Shown: positions 8,581 through 17,480 of the stretch, in pieces | How the letters are laid out: each line of letters starts with the position of its first letter | Position numbering within the stretch: position 1 is the stretch's first letter | Source of the DNA: an uncultured Nitrososphaerota archaeon | GTDB lineage: Archaea > Thermoproteota > Nitrososphaeria > Nitrososphaerales > Gagatemarchaeaceae | DNA length: 64,000 bases | Assembly: GCA_963703285.1 (NCBI GenBank) | Contig: OY969807.1 | Coordinates: 1,376,001-1,440,000 of the forward strand | Direction: 5' to 3' | The notes under the pieces: generated by a model | Told to the model about the DNA's origin: nothing | The model's database searches: none | Seen by the model: only the letters and a program-made list of their open reading frames with translations | Program-made: the position numbers and the translations under genes

Positions 8581-9915
8581 TCAGACCAACGACGTCAGGA
8601 GATAGGCGTTGAGACCGATTATGACAGTCACGGTGACCACCGAGAGGATTATGGTCAGTCTTGTGTTCACGAAGTCGCCCATGAGGCGCTTCTTCGCCGT
8701 GTAGATTACCAAGGGAATCATCGGGAGAGGAATCATGAGGCTCAGTATCACCTGGCTGTAGACCAGTAGGCTCAGGGGGTTGAGGCCGATGAGAATGGCG
8801 ACGGTGGTGGGAAAGACGTTGACCATTCTGGTGATTATCCTCCTCAGCCAGACGCTGCCGTGCTTGCCGATCAGGTCCTCCATTATGACCTGGCCTGCGA
8901 TCGTTCCCGTCGTCGACGAGCTGAGTCCGGATGCCAGCATCGAGACGATGAACAACACGGCGATCGCAGGGCCGTAAAGCACGCGGAAGGCCTGGTAGGC
9001 CGACTGTATCGTGATGTTGGGGTCCGGATAGAGGGGTATCGCGATGAGAAGGAGGCCGGCGTTCACGGTTCCCGCTATCGCGAGCAGGATGACAGTCTCC
9101 CTCACGTGCAGCCTCCGCTTCTGTACCTTCTCCTCGTGGGTCTTCTTGACCAGCTTCTCCTTCGTGAGCCACGAGTGGACGAAGATTGCGTGGGGCATCA
9201 CGGTCGCGCCTATCATCCCCACGACGAGCAGGGCGGGGTTGTTCAGCTGGCCACCCACGGTGTTGGACGTCAGGTTGGGAACGATTGACCCGATGGCGAC
9301 CTGAGCGAGTTCCGGACGAACCACTACGACCTGGTAGAGGACCCCGAAGACCAGAATGCTGACGAGGAGCATGAAGTACTGCTCGATCATTCGGAACCTC
9401 CTCGTCATCATCGTCAAGAGCAGGATTACATCGAGCGCGCCGAAGACGGCTGCGTAGAGCATGGGGACGCCGAAGAGCACGTTCAGTGCGATTACCGTCC
9501 CTAGGTACTCGGCCAGGTCGGTTGCCGCCGCGGCCACCTCGGCCGCGAGCCAATACGGGACGATGTACGACCTCTTCTTCAGCGATTCCCTCACCATCGT
9601 GGCGAGCGATTTGCCCGTCGCTATCCCCAGCTTCCCCGAGAGGTACTGGAGGAGCATCGCCATCACCGACGCGAGCCACCCGGCCCACAGCAGCTGATAC
9701 TTGAAGGTGGCACCGGCGGCGAGGTCCGTCCCATAGTTGCCGGGGTCCATGTATGCTACCGACACGATCAGGGCTGGTCCGAGCCACTGGAGCATCTGCC
9801 GCACTGAGACCCCGGAGGACGACCGCTCCCGCGCCTCCTCCGTCGGGATTTGCGGCGGAGGCTCTGGCTCCCGTCCCTGCTCAGGCGGTCTCAGGACTTT
9901 CCAGGGCGCGCGCAC
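8581..9915 (-). CDS. mntH: NRAMP-family Mn2+/Fe2+ transporter
   Basis: YMDPGN and ATVMPH signature motifs; polytopic hydrophobicity. Confidence 0.95.
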   Translation of the reverse strand: MRAPWKVLRPPEQGREPEPPPQIPTEEARERSSSGVSVRQMLQWLGPALIVSVAYMDPGNYGTDLAAGATFKYQLLWAGWLASVMAMLLQYLSGKLGIATGKSLATMVRESLKKRSYIVPYWLAAEVAAAATDLAEYLGTVIALNVLFGVPMLYAAVFGALDVILLLTMMTRRFRMIEQYFMLLVSILVFGVLYQVVVVRPELAQVAIGSIVPNLTSNTVGGQLNNPALLVVGMIGATVMPHAIFVHSWLTKEKLVKKTHEEKVQKRRLHVRETVILLAIAGTVNAGLLLIAIPLYPDPNITIQSAYQAFRVLYGPAIAVLFIVSMLASGLSSSTTGTIAGQVIMEDLIGKHGSVWLRRIITRMVNVFPTTVAILIGLNPLSLLVYSQVILSLMIPLPMIPLVIYTAKKRLMGDFVNTRLTIILSVVTVTVIIGLNAYLLTSLV

Positions 9916-9943
9916 GCTCCATCAGGGCACCTTGTTACTTATA

Positions 9944-9995
9944 TTAGGTTCGTCTAACATCTATCGAGGTATCTAAACTGTATAGGCGCTCCTAG
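9944..9995. promoter_or_regulatory. Tandem MntR/DtxR-like operator boxes upstream of the minus-strand mntH
   Basis: TTAGGTTCGTCTAA (9944), ATCGAGGTATCTAA (9963), ATAGGCGCTCCTAG (9982); TTAG-N6-CTAA pattern with 19-bp spacing. Confidence 0.7.
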
Positions 9996-10107
9996 AGCAG
10001 GCCAATCGTCTGCGAACCCCACGGTCGACCACCCTATCGTGACCTCGGTTGCCTGCTCGCGCCGACCAAAGGGGCCTGCCTCCTGATCGAGAAAGCAAGA
10101 ATGGAAT

Positions 10108-10159
10108 TGTGGGAGGTCTACACAAATTAGATATTTCAATAAATGTTAGAAGCGCCTAA
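10108..10159. promoter_or_regulatory. Tandem MntR/DtxR-like operator boxes upstream of the plus-strand mntH
   Basis: TTAGAAGCGCCTAA (10146) plus half-sites at 10127 (TTAGAT..) and 10108 (..TCTAC), 19-bp spacing; abuts TTTAAATA TATA-like box. Confidence 0.65.
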
Positions 10160-10206
10160 TTTAAATACATACGTTATCATCAATGTGGCTACATGAGCGG
10201 ACGTCG

Positions 10207-11544
10207 ATGAGGCTTCCCTGGGGCAGGGCACTGAAGCCTCCGGAACAGATGCAAAAACAAGAGGCGACGGAGCAACAAGAGGTAACGGAGCATCAGAGGA
10301 GCAGTCCTCACATCTCCGTCCGGGACTTCTTCGCGTATCTGGGCCCGACCCTGATAGTGAGCCTGGCCTACATCGATCCCGGAAACTTCGGGACGGACAT
10401 AGCGGGGGGATCTCAGTTCAACTACGCATTGATCTGGTGCGTCTGGATGGCCAGCGCCTTCGCTATGCTCCTCCAGTAGCTCTCGGGGAAGCTGGGGATA
10501 GCGACCGGGAACAGCCTCCCGCAGCTACTCCGGGCCTCGCTGAAGACCAGAAAGCGCATCATCCCATACTGGCTCGCGGCCGAACTCGCCATAGCCGCGA
10601 CGGACCTGGCTGAGTATCTGGGAACCGTCATCGCGCTGAACATACTCTTCGGGATTCCCCTTCTCTACGCGAGCATCTTTGGAGCTTTGGACGTCATCAT
10701 CCTCCTAGCGCTGACGAGCAAACGCTTCCGCGTCATAGAGTACTTCTTCATGGTCTTCGTGTCAGTGATAGCCATAGGCTTCATCTACGAAATCCTGAGA
10801 GTCGGGCCCAATGTCCACCAATTTGTCATTGGATCAGTCTCGCCAGAAATATCCAGCGCGACACTCCTAGTCGTCGTGGGGATAGTCGGCGCGACGGTCA
10901 TGCCCCACGTCCTCTGGCTCCACTCCTCGCTGACCGCGGCCAAGCTGCCCAGGTGGGGAATCAAAGAGAATGACCACGCTCCGAGGAGGAAGCTTCTCGG
11001 ACTCCACCTGAGGGAGACCATCATCATCCTGGCGATTGCCGGTTGCGTGAACGTGGCTATCCTCGTGATGGGCGCCGCCGCGTTCTTCAAGTTCGGATAC
11101 ACGAACATCCAGCAGATAAACCAGGCATACCTGATCCTCGGCCCTCTATTCGGCTCTGCTGCGGCGATAGTCTTCGCGATTACGCTTCTTTTCTCTGGGA
11201 TTGCCTCATCGATCGTCGGGACCTTGGCGGGGCAGGAGGTCATGACAGGGCTGCTTGGAATAAAGGTGAACCGGTACGTGAGGCGAATCATCACCCGGGG
11301 CATCAACGTCTTTCCTACCACGGCCTGCATCCTCCTTGGTATCAGTCCGCTGGCGCTGCTCTTCTACAGCCAGGTCTTCCTGAGCATACTGATTCCGCTC
11401 CCGATGATCCCGTTGATCTGGTACACCAGCAAGAGGAAGATAATGGGCCCGTACGTGAACCGGCATCCGACGATCATCGTGGCGCTGGCTGTCGGAATTG
11501 CCATAATAGTGCTGAACATCGCTCTGATCTACACTAGCGTATGA
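10207..11544 (+). pseudogene. mntH: Second NRAMP/MntH paralog interrupted by an in-frame TAG at 10477-10479
   Basis: YIDPGN and ATVMPH motifs; ORFs 10183-10479 and 10687-11544 share a frame; CAG TAG CTC aligns with CAG TAC CTC of the paralog. Confidence 0.85.
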
Positions 11545-11564
11545 TGCAACCTACATGATAGCGA

Positions 11565-11580
11565 CAAGTTTCTAAACTTG
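11565..11580. promoter_or_regulatory. Palindrome, candidate operator upstream of the cation-efflux gene
   Basis: CAAGTTT-CT-AAACTTG inverted repeat ending ~24 nt before the start codon. Confidence 0.45.
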
Positions 11581-11603
11581 AGGACTTACTGAGGGTAGAG
11601 AGA

Positions 11604-12326
11604 TTGTCATTGCGACCGACAGCGTCCGTCTCGTGCCCGTCCTGCGGCTGCGCCGAGGAATCGTGCGAGGGCTGCCGGAGACCGACGGACTGCTCCGACT
11701 GCGCTTCATGCTGCTGCGATACCGGTCACGGCTCGTGGTGGCGGATGAGGATGAACACAGGAATCAGGGTCGAATATCTCAGCTCGGGGTGGATGGTCAT
11801 CGAAGCGTTGGGATCGATCTGGTTCGGAGTCGTGGCCGGAAGCTTCGCGTTGCTTGCGTTCGGCGGAGACAGCATCATCGAACTCCTCTCTGGATTTGCC
11901 GTCCTGAGCCATCTTCGGAGGGACGTGGGCGGCTCTGGGATACGACGTGGGCCGGCCGAACGGATCACCACGGTCCTGCTGTTCGCCCTGATTCCCGTCA
12001 TCGCGTCCGGCGCGGTCGTCTCATACGCCAGTGGGCTGAAGCCGGAGGGGTCGCCATTGGGGATAGCCATCGCGGTGGGAGCGGTAGTGATAATGCCGTA
12101 CCTCTATCTCGAGAAGAGGAGGATAGGGAAGGAAACACGGTGTCTCCCCCTGGCGGTCGACGCGATAGAATCGCTCACGTGTCTGTTGATGTCAATCGCT
12201 CTTCTCGCAGGCCTGCTCGCCGAGTATCTCTTCGGACTGTGGTGGGCCGACTACCTGGCGACAGGAGTCATCCTCGCGATGGTCGCGTACGAGGCCGTAG
12301 AGTCCTATCACGAACTCGGCGAATGA
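11604..12326 (+). CDS. Cation-efflux (CDF / TMEM163-like) transporter with Cys-rich N-terminal extension
   Basis: GSFALLAFGGDSIIE, DAIESLTC, WWADYLA motifs; 11 Cys in the first 40 aa. Confidence 0.8.
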   Translation: MSLRPTASVSCPSCGCAEESCEGCRRPTDCSDCASCCCDTGHGSWWRMRMNTGIRVEYLSSGWMVIEALGSIWFGVVAGSFALLAFGGDSIIELLSGFAVLSHLRRDVGGSGIRRGPAERITTVLLFALIPVIASGAVVSYASGLKPEGSPLGIAIAVGAVVIMPYLYLEKRRIGKETRCLPLAVDAIESLTCLLMSIALLAGLLAEYLFGLWWADYLATGVILAMVAYEAVESYHELGE

Positions 12327-12431
12327 GATTGGATGGTCCTCCGTTCGACACAGCGGTCGCAGGGCCATCCCCTTTAGATTTCGGGTCTTGGTCAATCGCA
12401 TAATAAGGCCGCCTAGAGGCCGTCCCTGAAG

Positions 12432-12950
12432 TTGAACGTCCTCGTCATCGATTACGGTCAGGACGACCCCGGCAAGTGCACCGCCAAGAAGATGGTCAGG
12501 ATGGGGCTCGCCACCGAGGTCTCGAGGAAGTTCCATGCCGCCAGTTCGCTTCTCGTGCTCAATCCGTTCTCGGAGATCGTCCTGACGCCGGGGGACAGGG
12601 ACAGCAAGGGGATACTCGACATCGACTGCTCGTGGAACTTTGCGAGGGAGGTCTTCTTCAAGAAGCTCGGCGGCAAGCACAGGAGACTACCGGCGCTTCT
12701 TGCGGGCAACCCGACGAACTACTCCAAGATGGGGATGCTGAGCTCCCTCGAGGCGGTCTCCGCCTCGCTCTACATCCTCGGCGAGAAGGAGGACGCCAAG
12801 CGATACCTCTCGATATACAAGTGGGGCCCGACGTTCCTGACGCTCAACGCGGCGCCCCTCGAGGAGTACAGCAACGCCGATTCCGAGGACGAGATGCGGG
12901 ACCTCGAGAGGGAGTTCTTCCCCCGGTTTTTCGCGGAGCAAGAAGGCTAA
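12432..12950 (+). CDS. tsr3: 16S rRNA aminocarboxypropyltransferase
   Basis: QDDPGKCTAKK, IDCSW, RRLPALLAGNPTNY, LSSLEA, KWGPTFLTLN. Confidence 0.93.
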   Translation: MNVLVIDYGQDDPGKCTAKKMVRMGLATEVSRKFHAASSLLVLNPFSEIVLTPGDRDSKGILDIDCSWNFAREVFFKKLGGKHRRLPALLAGNPTNYSKMGMLSSLEAVSASLYILGEKEDAKRYLSIYKWGPTFLTLNAAPLEEYSNADSEDEMRDLEREFFPRFFAEQEG

Positions 12951-13067
12951 ATCAGTCCCGGAAGCTACCAGATTGCGACGAACCAACTGACCTGAAGGAC
13001 TGGCCAAAGGTGGGCCCATGACGCGCTCCCGCCCATCTCTGGGGCGATGTTCGTGGAGCCGGTCTCC

Positions 13068-13610
13068 TCAACGTCGAGACCTGGGCAGTGCATTACCCCG
13101 AACGTAACGACCGAGTCTACGACCCTCACTTCTCGTCCACGGTATGTCCAGACTTCGCAGCTTGCCTGCCCACTTTCCTTCGGCTCGTTCTTGGTTGAAC
13201 GTTTGTAGGGCATCGTTCGCTGTGATTCGATTCTCCATGTAGTCTAGCAATGTATTGACCTGAGTCTTTTTCTTGTCCAAGAATGGTAACATCCGCCTAC
13301 ACGTTTCCAACATCCCACCTTCCTCCCACATCGTAAGATGCCATGCTTCACGGCCTATGCTACTAGTCCCAAGCCTGAGCGTTGATGGTGCCAATCCTTC
13401 CCCAACTAGAAAGCTCCCGATATGCCGGAGCTGGGGAAGATACGTGTCGGTCCACGTAACCGAGAAGCGAATCATGAACTTACCAATCTTGATTTCTTCT
13501 CCTCCATCTCCATCGTAATAGCCCGCAACCTGTCGCCAATCTGAATAACCACTTTGGTGCGTCTTGGTGCTCAGAGAAAAGTGGCTGGTCCCTCTAGTGC
13601 CTCGGTTCAA
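13068..13610 (-). CDS. Free-standing single-motif LAGLIDADG homing-endonuclease-like protein
   Basis: WRQVAGYYDGDG helix motif and MLPFLDKKKTQ pattern; visibly lower GC than flanks; start uncertain. Confidence 0.7.
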   Translation of the reverse strand: MNRGTRGTSHFSLSTKTHQSGYSDWRQVAGYYDGDGGEEIKIGKFMIRFSVTWTDTYLPQLRHIGSFLVGEGLAPSTLRLGTSSIGREAWHLTMWEEGGMLETCRRMLPFLDKKKTQVNTLLDYMENRITANDALQTFNQERAEGKWAGKLRSLDIPWTRSEGRRLGRYVRGNALPRSRR

Positions 13611-13714
13611 ACGGAATGAAATCTGGCCAAGTCTAATAAGCGCCGATATTGCACCTCCGATTGACGCTTTGAGGGGTGTCGACAGCTTTATTTCGTTCAG
13701 ACATTATTTCAATC

Positions 13715-14010
13715 GGGACGCGAGTCGGTGGGTGGGCCACGGGGACCTCCTGGGGAAGTTCCTCCCTCACTGCAGGATGCATGGTGCTGAGAAGCGCAGT
13801 CGGAGACGGCTGGCGACGGAACAGAAACGAGACCCGCCTCGCCAAATGCGATGACGGAGCGATCCCGAGATCGGTGAAAGCGGGATGAAACGGCCGACCC
13901 ATGCAGAGCAAGGCCGAACGTGGTCGTGGACGCGCCTGCACCAGACCAGGGTAGGCTGCTGAGCTGAATCCCGCCTAGAACAGAAGGAGGACTACGGCCG
14001 AGACGTGTCG
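13715..14010 (+). ncRNA. rnpB: RNase P RNA (archaeal)
   Basis: GGGGAAGTTCCTCCC (CR-I/P4) pairs with AGAACAGAAGGAGGACTA (CR-V); ACAGAAAC, TGAAACGG and GAGCAAG conserved regions; 5' and 3' ends pair as P1; CTTTATTT upstream. Confidence 0.88.
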
Positions 14011-14011
14011 C

Positions 14012-14038
14012 CCCCGCGTGTGGTTCTCACACGTGGGG
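14012..14038 (+). other. 11-bp hairpin directly after rnpB (possible processing or termination structure)
   Basis: CCCCGCGTGTG-GTTCT-CACACGTGGGG. Confidence 0.45.
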
Positions 14039-14083
14039 ATAACCACCTTGATTCGAGTGACAACTCAAAGGCGTAGAGAATAC

Positions 14084-14334
14084 GAAGACCCAGACAGCAT
14101 CGAGCTGCAACTGGCACTCAACGACAACACGGCGACCAAGGCCTATCAGCAGGCCATGTTTGAGCAGGGCCAGCCCGCGGTCATGTTCTTCACCGACGAC
14201 TCGAAAGGTGACTACGACTAGATCAAAGCCCGTGGCGCGGAGTTCACCATGTCGCCTACCGAGGTGACCGGTTCGACCATCGCCAAACTGAAGGACACTT
14301 GCGGCAACCTGATTCAAATCTCGCGGCTGGCACC
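14084..14334 (+). pseudogene. 5'-truncated VOC/glyoxalase-family gene with in-frame TAG at 14219
   Basis: EDPDSIELQLALNDN..AYQQAMFEQGQPAVMFFTDD..DYD*IKARGAEFTMSPTEVTGSTIAKLKDTCGNLIQI; N-terminal third absent. Confidence 0.75.
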
Positions 14335-14384
14335 CCCAGAAGGGTTCCTGAAGGCATTTAAGCGCTTGAGAGGAATAGAATTCC

Positions 14385-14843
14385 ATGGCACCTGCAAAGA
14401 AGGCCACGGAGAGCACCACCGCGACCAGCAAGAAGTCCAAGGGATTCACGGACGAGGAACGAGCCGCGATGAAGGAGCGCGTCCAAGAGATGAAGGCGGA
14501 AAAAGACAAGGTGGAGGGGGAAAGCGCCGTGCTCGCGAAGATCGCCGGGATGTCGGAACCGGACCGCACCATGGGCAAGCGGCTGCACGCTATCATCAAA
14601 GCCAGCGCGCCAAACCTCACGCCGAGGCTCTGGTACGGCATGCCCGCATATTCCAAGGACGGCAACGTCGTCTGCTTCTTCCAACCAGCGCAGAAGTTCA
14701 AAACGAGGTACGCAACGCTCGGCTTCAGCGACGAGGCGAACCTCGACGAAGGCGCCATTTGGCCGGTCGTCTTCGCGCTGAAGCGGTTGACCTCCGCCGA
14801 AGAGGCAAGGATTGCCGCGCTCGTGAAGAAAGCGGTGAACTAA
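14385..14843 (+). CDS. DUF1801 (YdhG-like) domain protein
   Basis: [43 protein letters not shown]. Confidence 0.85.
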   Translation: MAPAKKATESTTATSKKSKGFTDEERAAMKERVQEMKAEKDKVEGESAVLAKIAGMSEPDRTMGKRLHAIIKASAPNLTPRLWYGMPAYSKDGNVVCFFQPAQKFKTRYATLGFSDEANLDEGAIWPVVFALKRLTSAEEARIAALVKKAVN

Positions 14844-14918
14844 GGACCCCGAGCTTGCCGCTGGGCCCGCCCAAGCAGGATCTTCGATCAGGACGATGCG
14901 TTCCCTCGTGACGAGGTC

Positions 14919-15350
14919 TCACGTCGTCGAACCGTTCTCGTCCGAGGCCGGCGGTACATCAAGTACGCGCGTCTGCGGCTCGGCCTCGGTGGGCGTTGGA
15001 GGGACCCTCCCGAGAAAGAACAGGCCGAACGCGAAGGCAATCGCCATGCAGACCGCCAGTATCAGAAAGATCTCGTCGTAGGTAGTCACGAGCGCGTCCG
15101 TAATCGCCAGGAGAGGTCGCTCCCCTAGAGAGTGCTTGGAAGCGGCCGCTCTCGAAGACCGTGAGGAGAGAGATTCCCAGGGCGCCTCCGAGGCTCTGAA
15201 GGAAGCGCGTGAGACCGATGGCGGCGCCCACCTCGCTCTTCGGTGCCTCGTTCTGCACCGCGATGGTGGGACCGGCGAGCGAGAAGCCGAGGCCGAAGCC
15301 CATGGGAATGAGAGGAAGGGCAATCCCGCCGACAGGCAGGAACTGGACCG
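14919..15350 (-). pseudogene. C-terminal fragment of a DHA2/EmrB-like MFS transporter, frameshifted near 15105
   Basis: MGFGLGFSLAGPTIAVQNEAP..GAAIGLTRFLQSLGGALGIS continues in another frame as ITDALVTTYDEIFLILAV; N-terminal part missing. Confidence 0.7.
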
Positions 15351-15413
15351 CTGACGCTCCGACCCAAGCGAGAGAACAGGTTTAAGGAGAGTCGGCGGAA
15401 CCGGGAACGTCGC

Positions 15414-16610
15414 TTGAGCGAACCGGGGGAAGGCCGGGTATCCAGGCTCAGAACGTTGGTCAGGACGTGGGGGCCGGCTTGGCTCGTGATGATTGCAGAT
15501 GCCGACGCCGCCAGCATCATCACGGCAGCTGAGAACGGCGCGCTCTATGGCACGGAGCTCGTCTGGCTCCTCGTCGTGCTCACGGTTCCCCTCTTCGTCA
15601 TCCAGGAGGTGGCCGGTAGGGTGGGATCAGTGACGGGGAAGGGGCTCGGTCAACTGATTAGGGAGAACTTCGCCCCGCGGGTCGCCGAATTGACCGCCCT
15701 GCCGATGGTCGCGGCAGACGTGATAATCTTCATCCTGGAATACGCCGGGATAGCCCTGGGGCTCCAGGTCTTCGGGATTCCGCCGTACATCACCGTCCCA
15801 TCTACCTTCGCCCTCAACATCCTCCTCGTCTACAGGCGCAAGCTGGCGCAGATAGAGAAGCCGCTCCTTGCGATATCCTTCGTCCTTGCCGTCTCGTACG
15901 GAGTCTCCGCCTACTACGCGGCAAGCTCTGGAATCCGGTTCGCCGCGTTCTACTTCGCGACCTCCCCGACGTTCCTCTTTCTCATAGCGGCAAACATAGG
16001 GTCGACGATTGTGCCCTTCATGCTCTTCTACCAGACCTCCGCGAGCGCTGAGAAGGGCATAACCTCCAGGAACCTGTGGGCGATGAGGCTAGAGACCGCG
16101 GTGGGGGCGATAGTCTCCGAGTCGATTCTGATTGCCGTGGAGATTGCAGCGTTCGGCGTCGGACGCGGGTCTACGACCCTCGCTCCTCCTCAGGTCTTGT
16201 CGGGAGCGCTCTCGACCGTCTCGGGCAGCTTGTCGCCCTACCTCTTCGGGGTCGGCCTGGTCTCCGCAGGCTTCGTGGCTCTCATCGTCGTCTCTTTGGG
16301 GAGCGCCTGGGGAGTCACCAGCGCCATGGGTTGGGGAAAGAAGAGCCTCTTCAGGGTGTACTTGCTGGAGTCCATACCGGCGATGGTCGTCAGCCTCCTG
16401 CCCTTCAATCTCGTCAGCCTCTCGCTCAGCCTGCTGGCCGTGCAGGTCGTCGTGCTGATTGTCCCCGCGGTCCTGCTCGGTCTGATAGCAACCAAGAGGA
16501 ACCTGATGGGAGCCCATTCGCTCAGGGGAGCGAATAGGCTTCTGTACTGGTCACTTCTCATTATGGTCGTTGCAACAGGCATTGTCAGCTTGGTCTCTCA
16601 GGCGATCTAG
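15414..16610 (+). CDS. NRAMP-related divalent metal transporter (DAAS variant, NRMT/Mg2+-like clade)
   Basis: WGPAWLVMIADADAASI, IQEVAGRVG, IGSTIVPFMLFYQ. Confidence 0.85.
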   Translation: MSEPGEGRVSRLRTLVRTWGPAWLVMIADADAASIITAAENGALYGTELVWLLVVLTVPLFVIQEVAGRVGSVTGKGLGQLIRENFAPRVAELTALPMVAADVIIFILEYAGIALGLQVFGIPPYITVPSTFALNILLVYRRKLAQIEKPLLAISFVLAVSYGVSAYYAASSGIRFAAFYFATSPTFLFLIAANIGSTIVPFMLFYQTSASAEKGITSRNLWAMRLETAVGAIVSESILIAVEIAAFGVGRGSTTLAPPQVLSGALSTVSGSLSPYLFGVGLVSAGFVALIVVSLGSAWGVTSAMGWGKKSLFRVYLLESIPAMVVSLLPFNLVSLSLSLLAVQVVVLIVPAVLLGLIATKRNLMGAHSLRGANRLLYWSLLIMVVATGIVSLVSQAI

Positions 16611-16633
16611 AAGAAAGTCATTAGCGCGGTGGG

Positions 16634-17398
16634 TCATTCGACAAAACCGTACGACGTGTAGCCTCCGTCGACGGTCAGGCACTGTCCCGTGATGTAAGAC
16701 GAGGCGTCATCTGCGAGAAACAGCGCCGCGTGGGCGATGTCGTCAACCTGTCCGAACCTCCCTGCCGGGACCCTCTTCAGGATGGCTTCGCCGTTAATCG
16801 AGCCTTCTTCAATTCTGGTCTTGAGCATGTCCGTGAGGATGAATCCGGGGGCGATGGCGTTCACGGTGATGTTGTGCTTGGCCCACTCGATGGCCAGCTC
16901 CCTGGTGAGCATTATCACGCCGGCCTTGCTAGTGGCGTAGGGCGCCCTGTTCGGGAAGGGGTTTATCCCCACGAGGGACGAGAGGTTGATGATCCTCCCG
17001 CCCTTCCTCTCGATCATTGATCGGGCGGCCGCCTTGGAGCAGACGAATATCGACCTGAGATTGACGGAGAGGATCTTGTCCCAGTCTGCCTCCGTCATCT
17101 CCAGCGCAGGCTTGACGACGTTGATTCCGGCGTTGTTCACGAGGATGTCAAGCCCCCCGAACTCCTGCTTTGCCTTCACGAAGAGCTCGCCGACCGCCCT
17201 CTCGTCGGCGACGTCGCAGGGCATCGAGACCGCCCTTCCTCCTCGGGATTCTATTTCCTTCATCACGGCGTCCGAGTTCTCGGGATGGAGGGAGTTGATG
17301 ACCAGAGTGGCTCCCTCTTCCGCGAATTTGAGCGCTATCGCGCGGCCGATTCCCCTTCCGGAGCCCGTGACCAGGGCGACCTTGTCTCGAAGCATCAT
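16634..17398 (-). CDS. Short-chain dehydrogenase/reductase
   Basis: TGSGRGIG, NNAG, YATSK, NAIAPG. Confidence 0.93.
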   Translation of the reverse strand: MMLRDKVALVTGSGRGIGRAIALKFAEEGATLVINSLHPENSDAVMKEIESRGGRAVSMPCDVADERAVGELFVKAKQEFGGLDILVNNAGINVVKPALEMTEADWDKILSVNLRSIFVCSKAAARSMIERKGGRIINLSSLVGINPFPNRAPYATSKAGVIMLTRELAIEWAKHNITVNAIAPGFILTDMLKTRIEEGSINGEAILKRVPAGRFGQVDDIAHAALFLADDASSYITGQCLTVDGGYTSYGFVE

Positions 17399-17480
17399 TT
17401 GACTGCCGGATGCAGCAATGCCAGTTTAAGCTTATCAAAGCACGGCACCATTTATAGAATCAGGAGACTTCGGTCGAGCG

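Noticed and set aside
7964-9787. 607-aa ORF as a large Tfx fusion
   Set aside because: The first ~440 codons are an Arg/Pro-rich alternate frame of mntH, expected in GC-rich DNA; only the last ~168 aa look like a protein.
13000-13070. Possible tRNA 3' end or att site (GGGCCCACC on the minus strand)
   Set aside because: No T-loop (GTTCRA) or cloverleaf can be built, and it matches neither tRNA in the window.
14005-14046. CRISPR-repeat-like palindrome (..CACACGTGGGGATAACC)
   Set aside because: Single copy, no spacer periodicity and no cas genes; better explained as a hairpin after rnpB.
10477-14221. Pyrrolysine or genome-wide amber reassignment suggested by two in-frame TAGs
   Set aside because: TAG ends many clearly complete genes here (M48 peptidase, alaXM, rpl31e, dtdA, leuS); no pyl genes are in the window; one TAG lies in an already truncated fragment.
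15095-15115. MFS-fragment frameshift as a fifth GATTC-motif case
   Set aside because: The site reads GATTA, the break position is ambiguous, and the gene is already a truncated relic.
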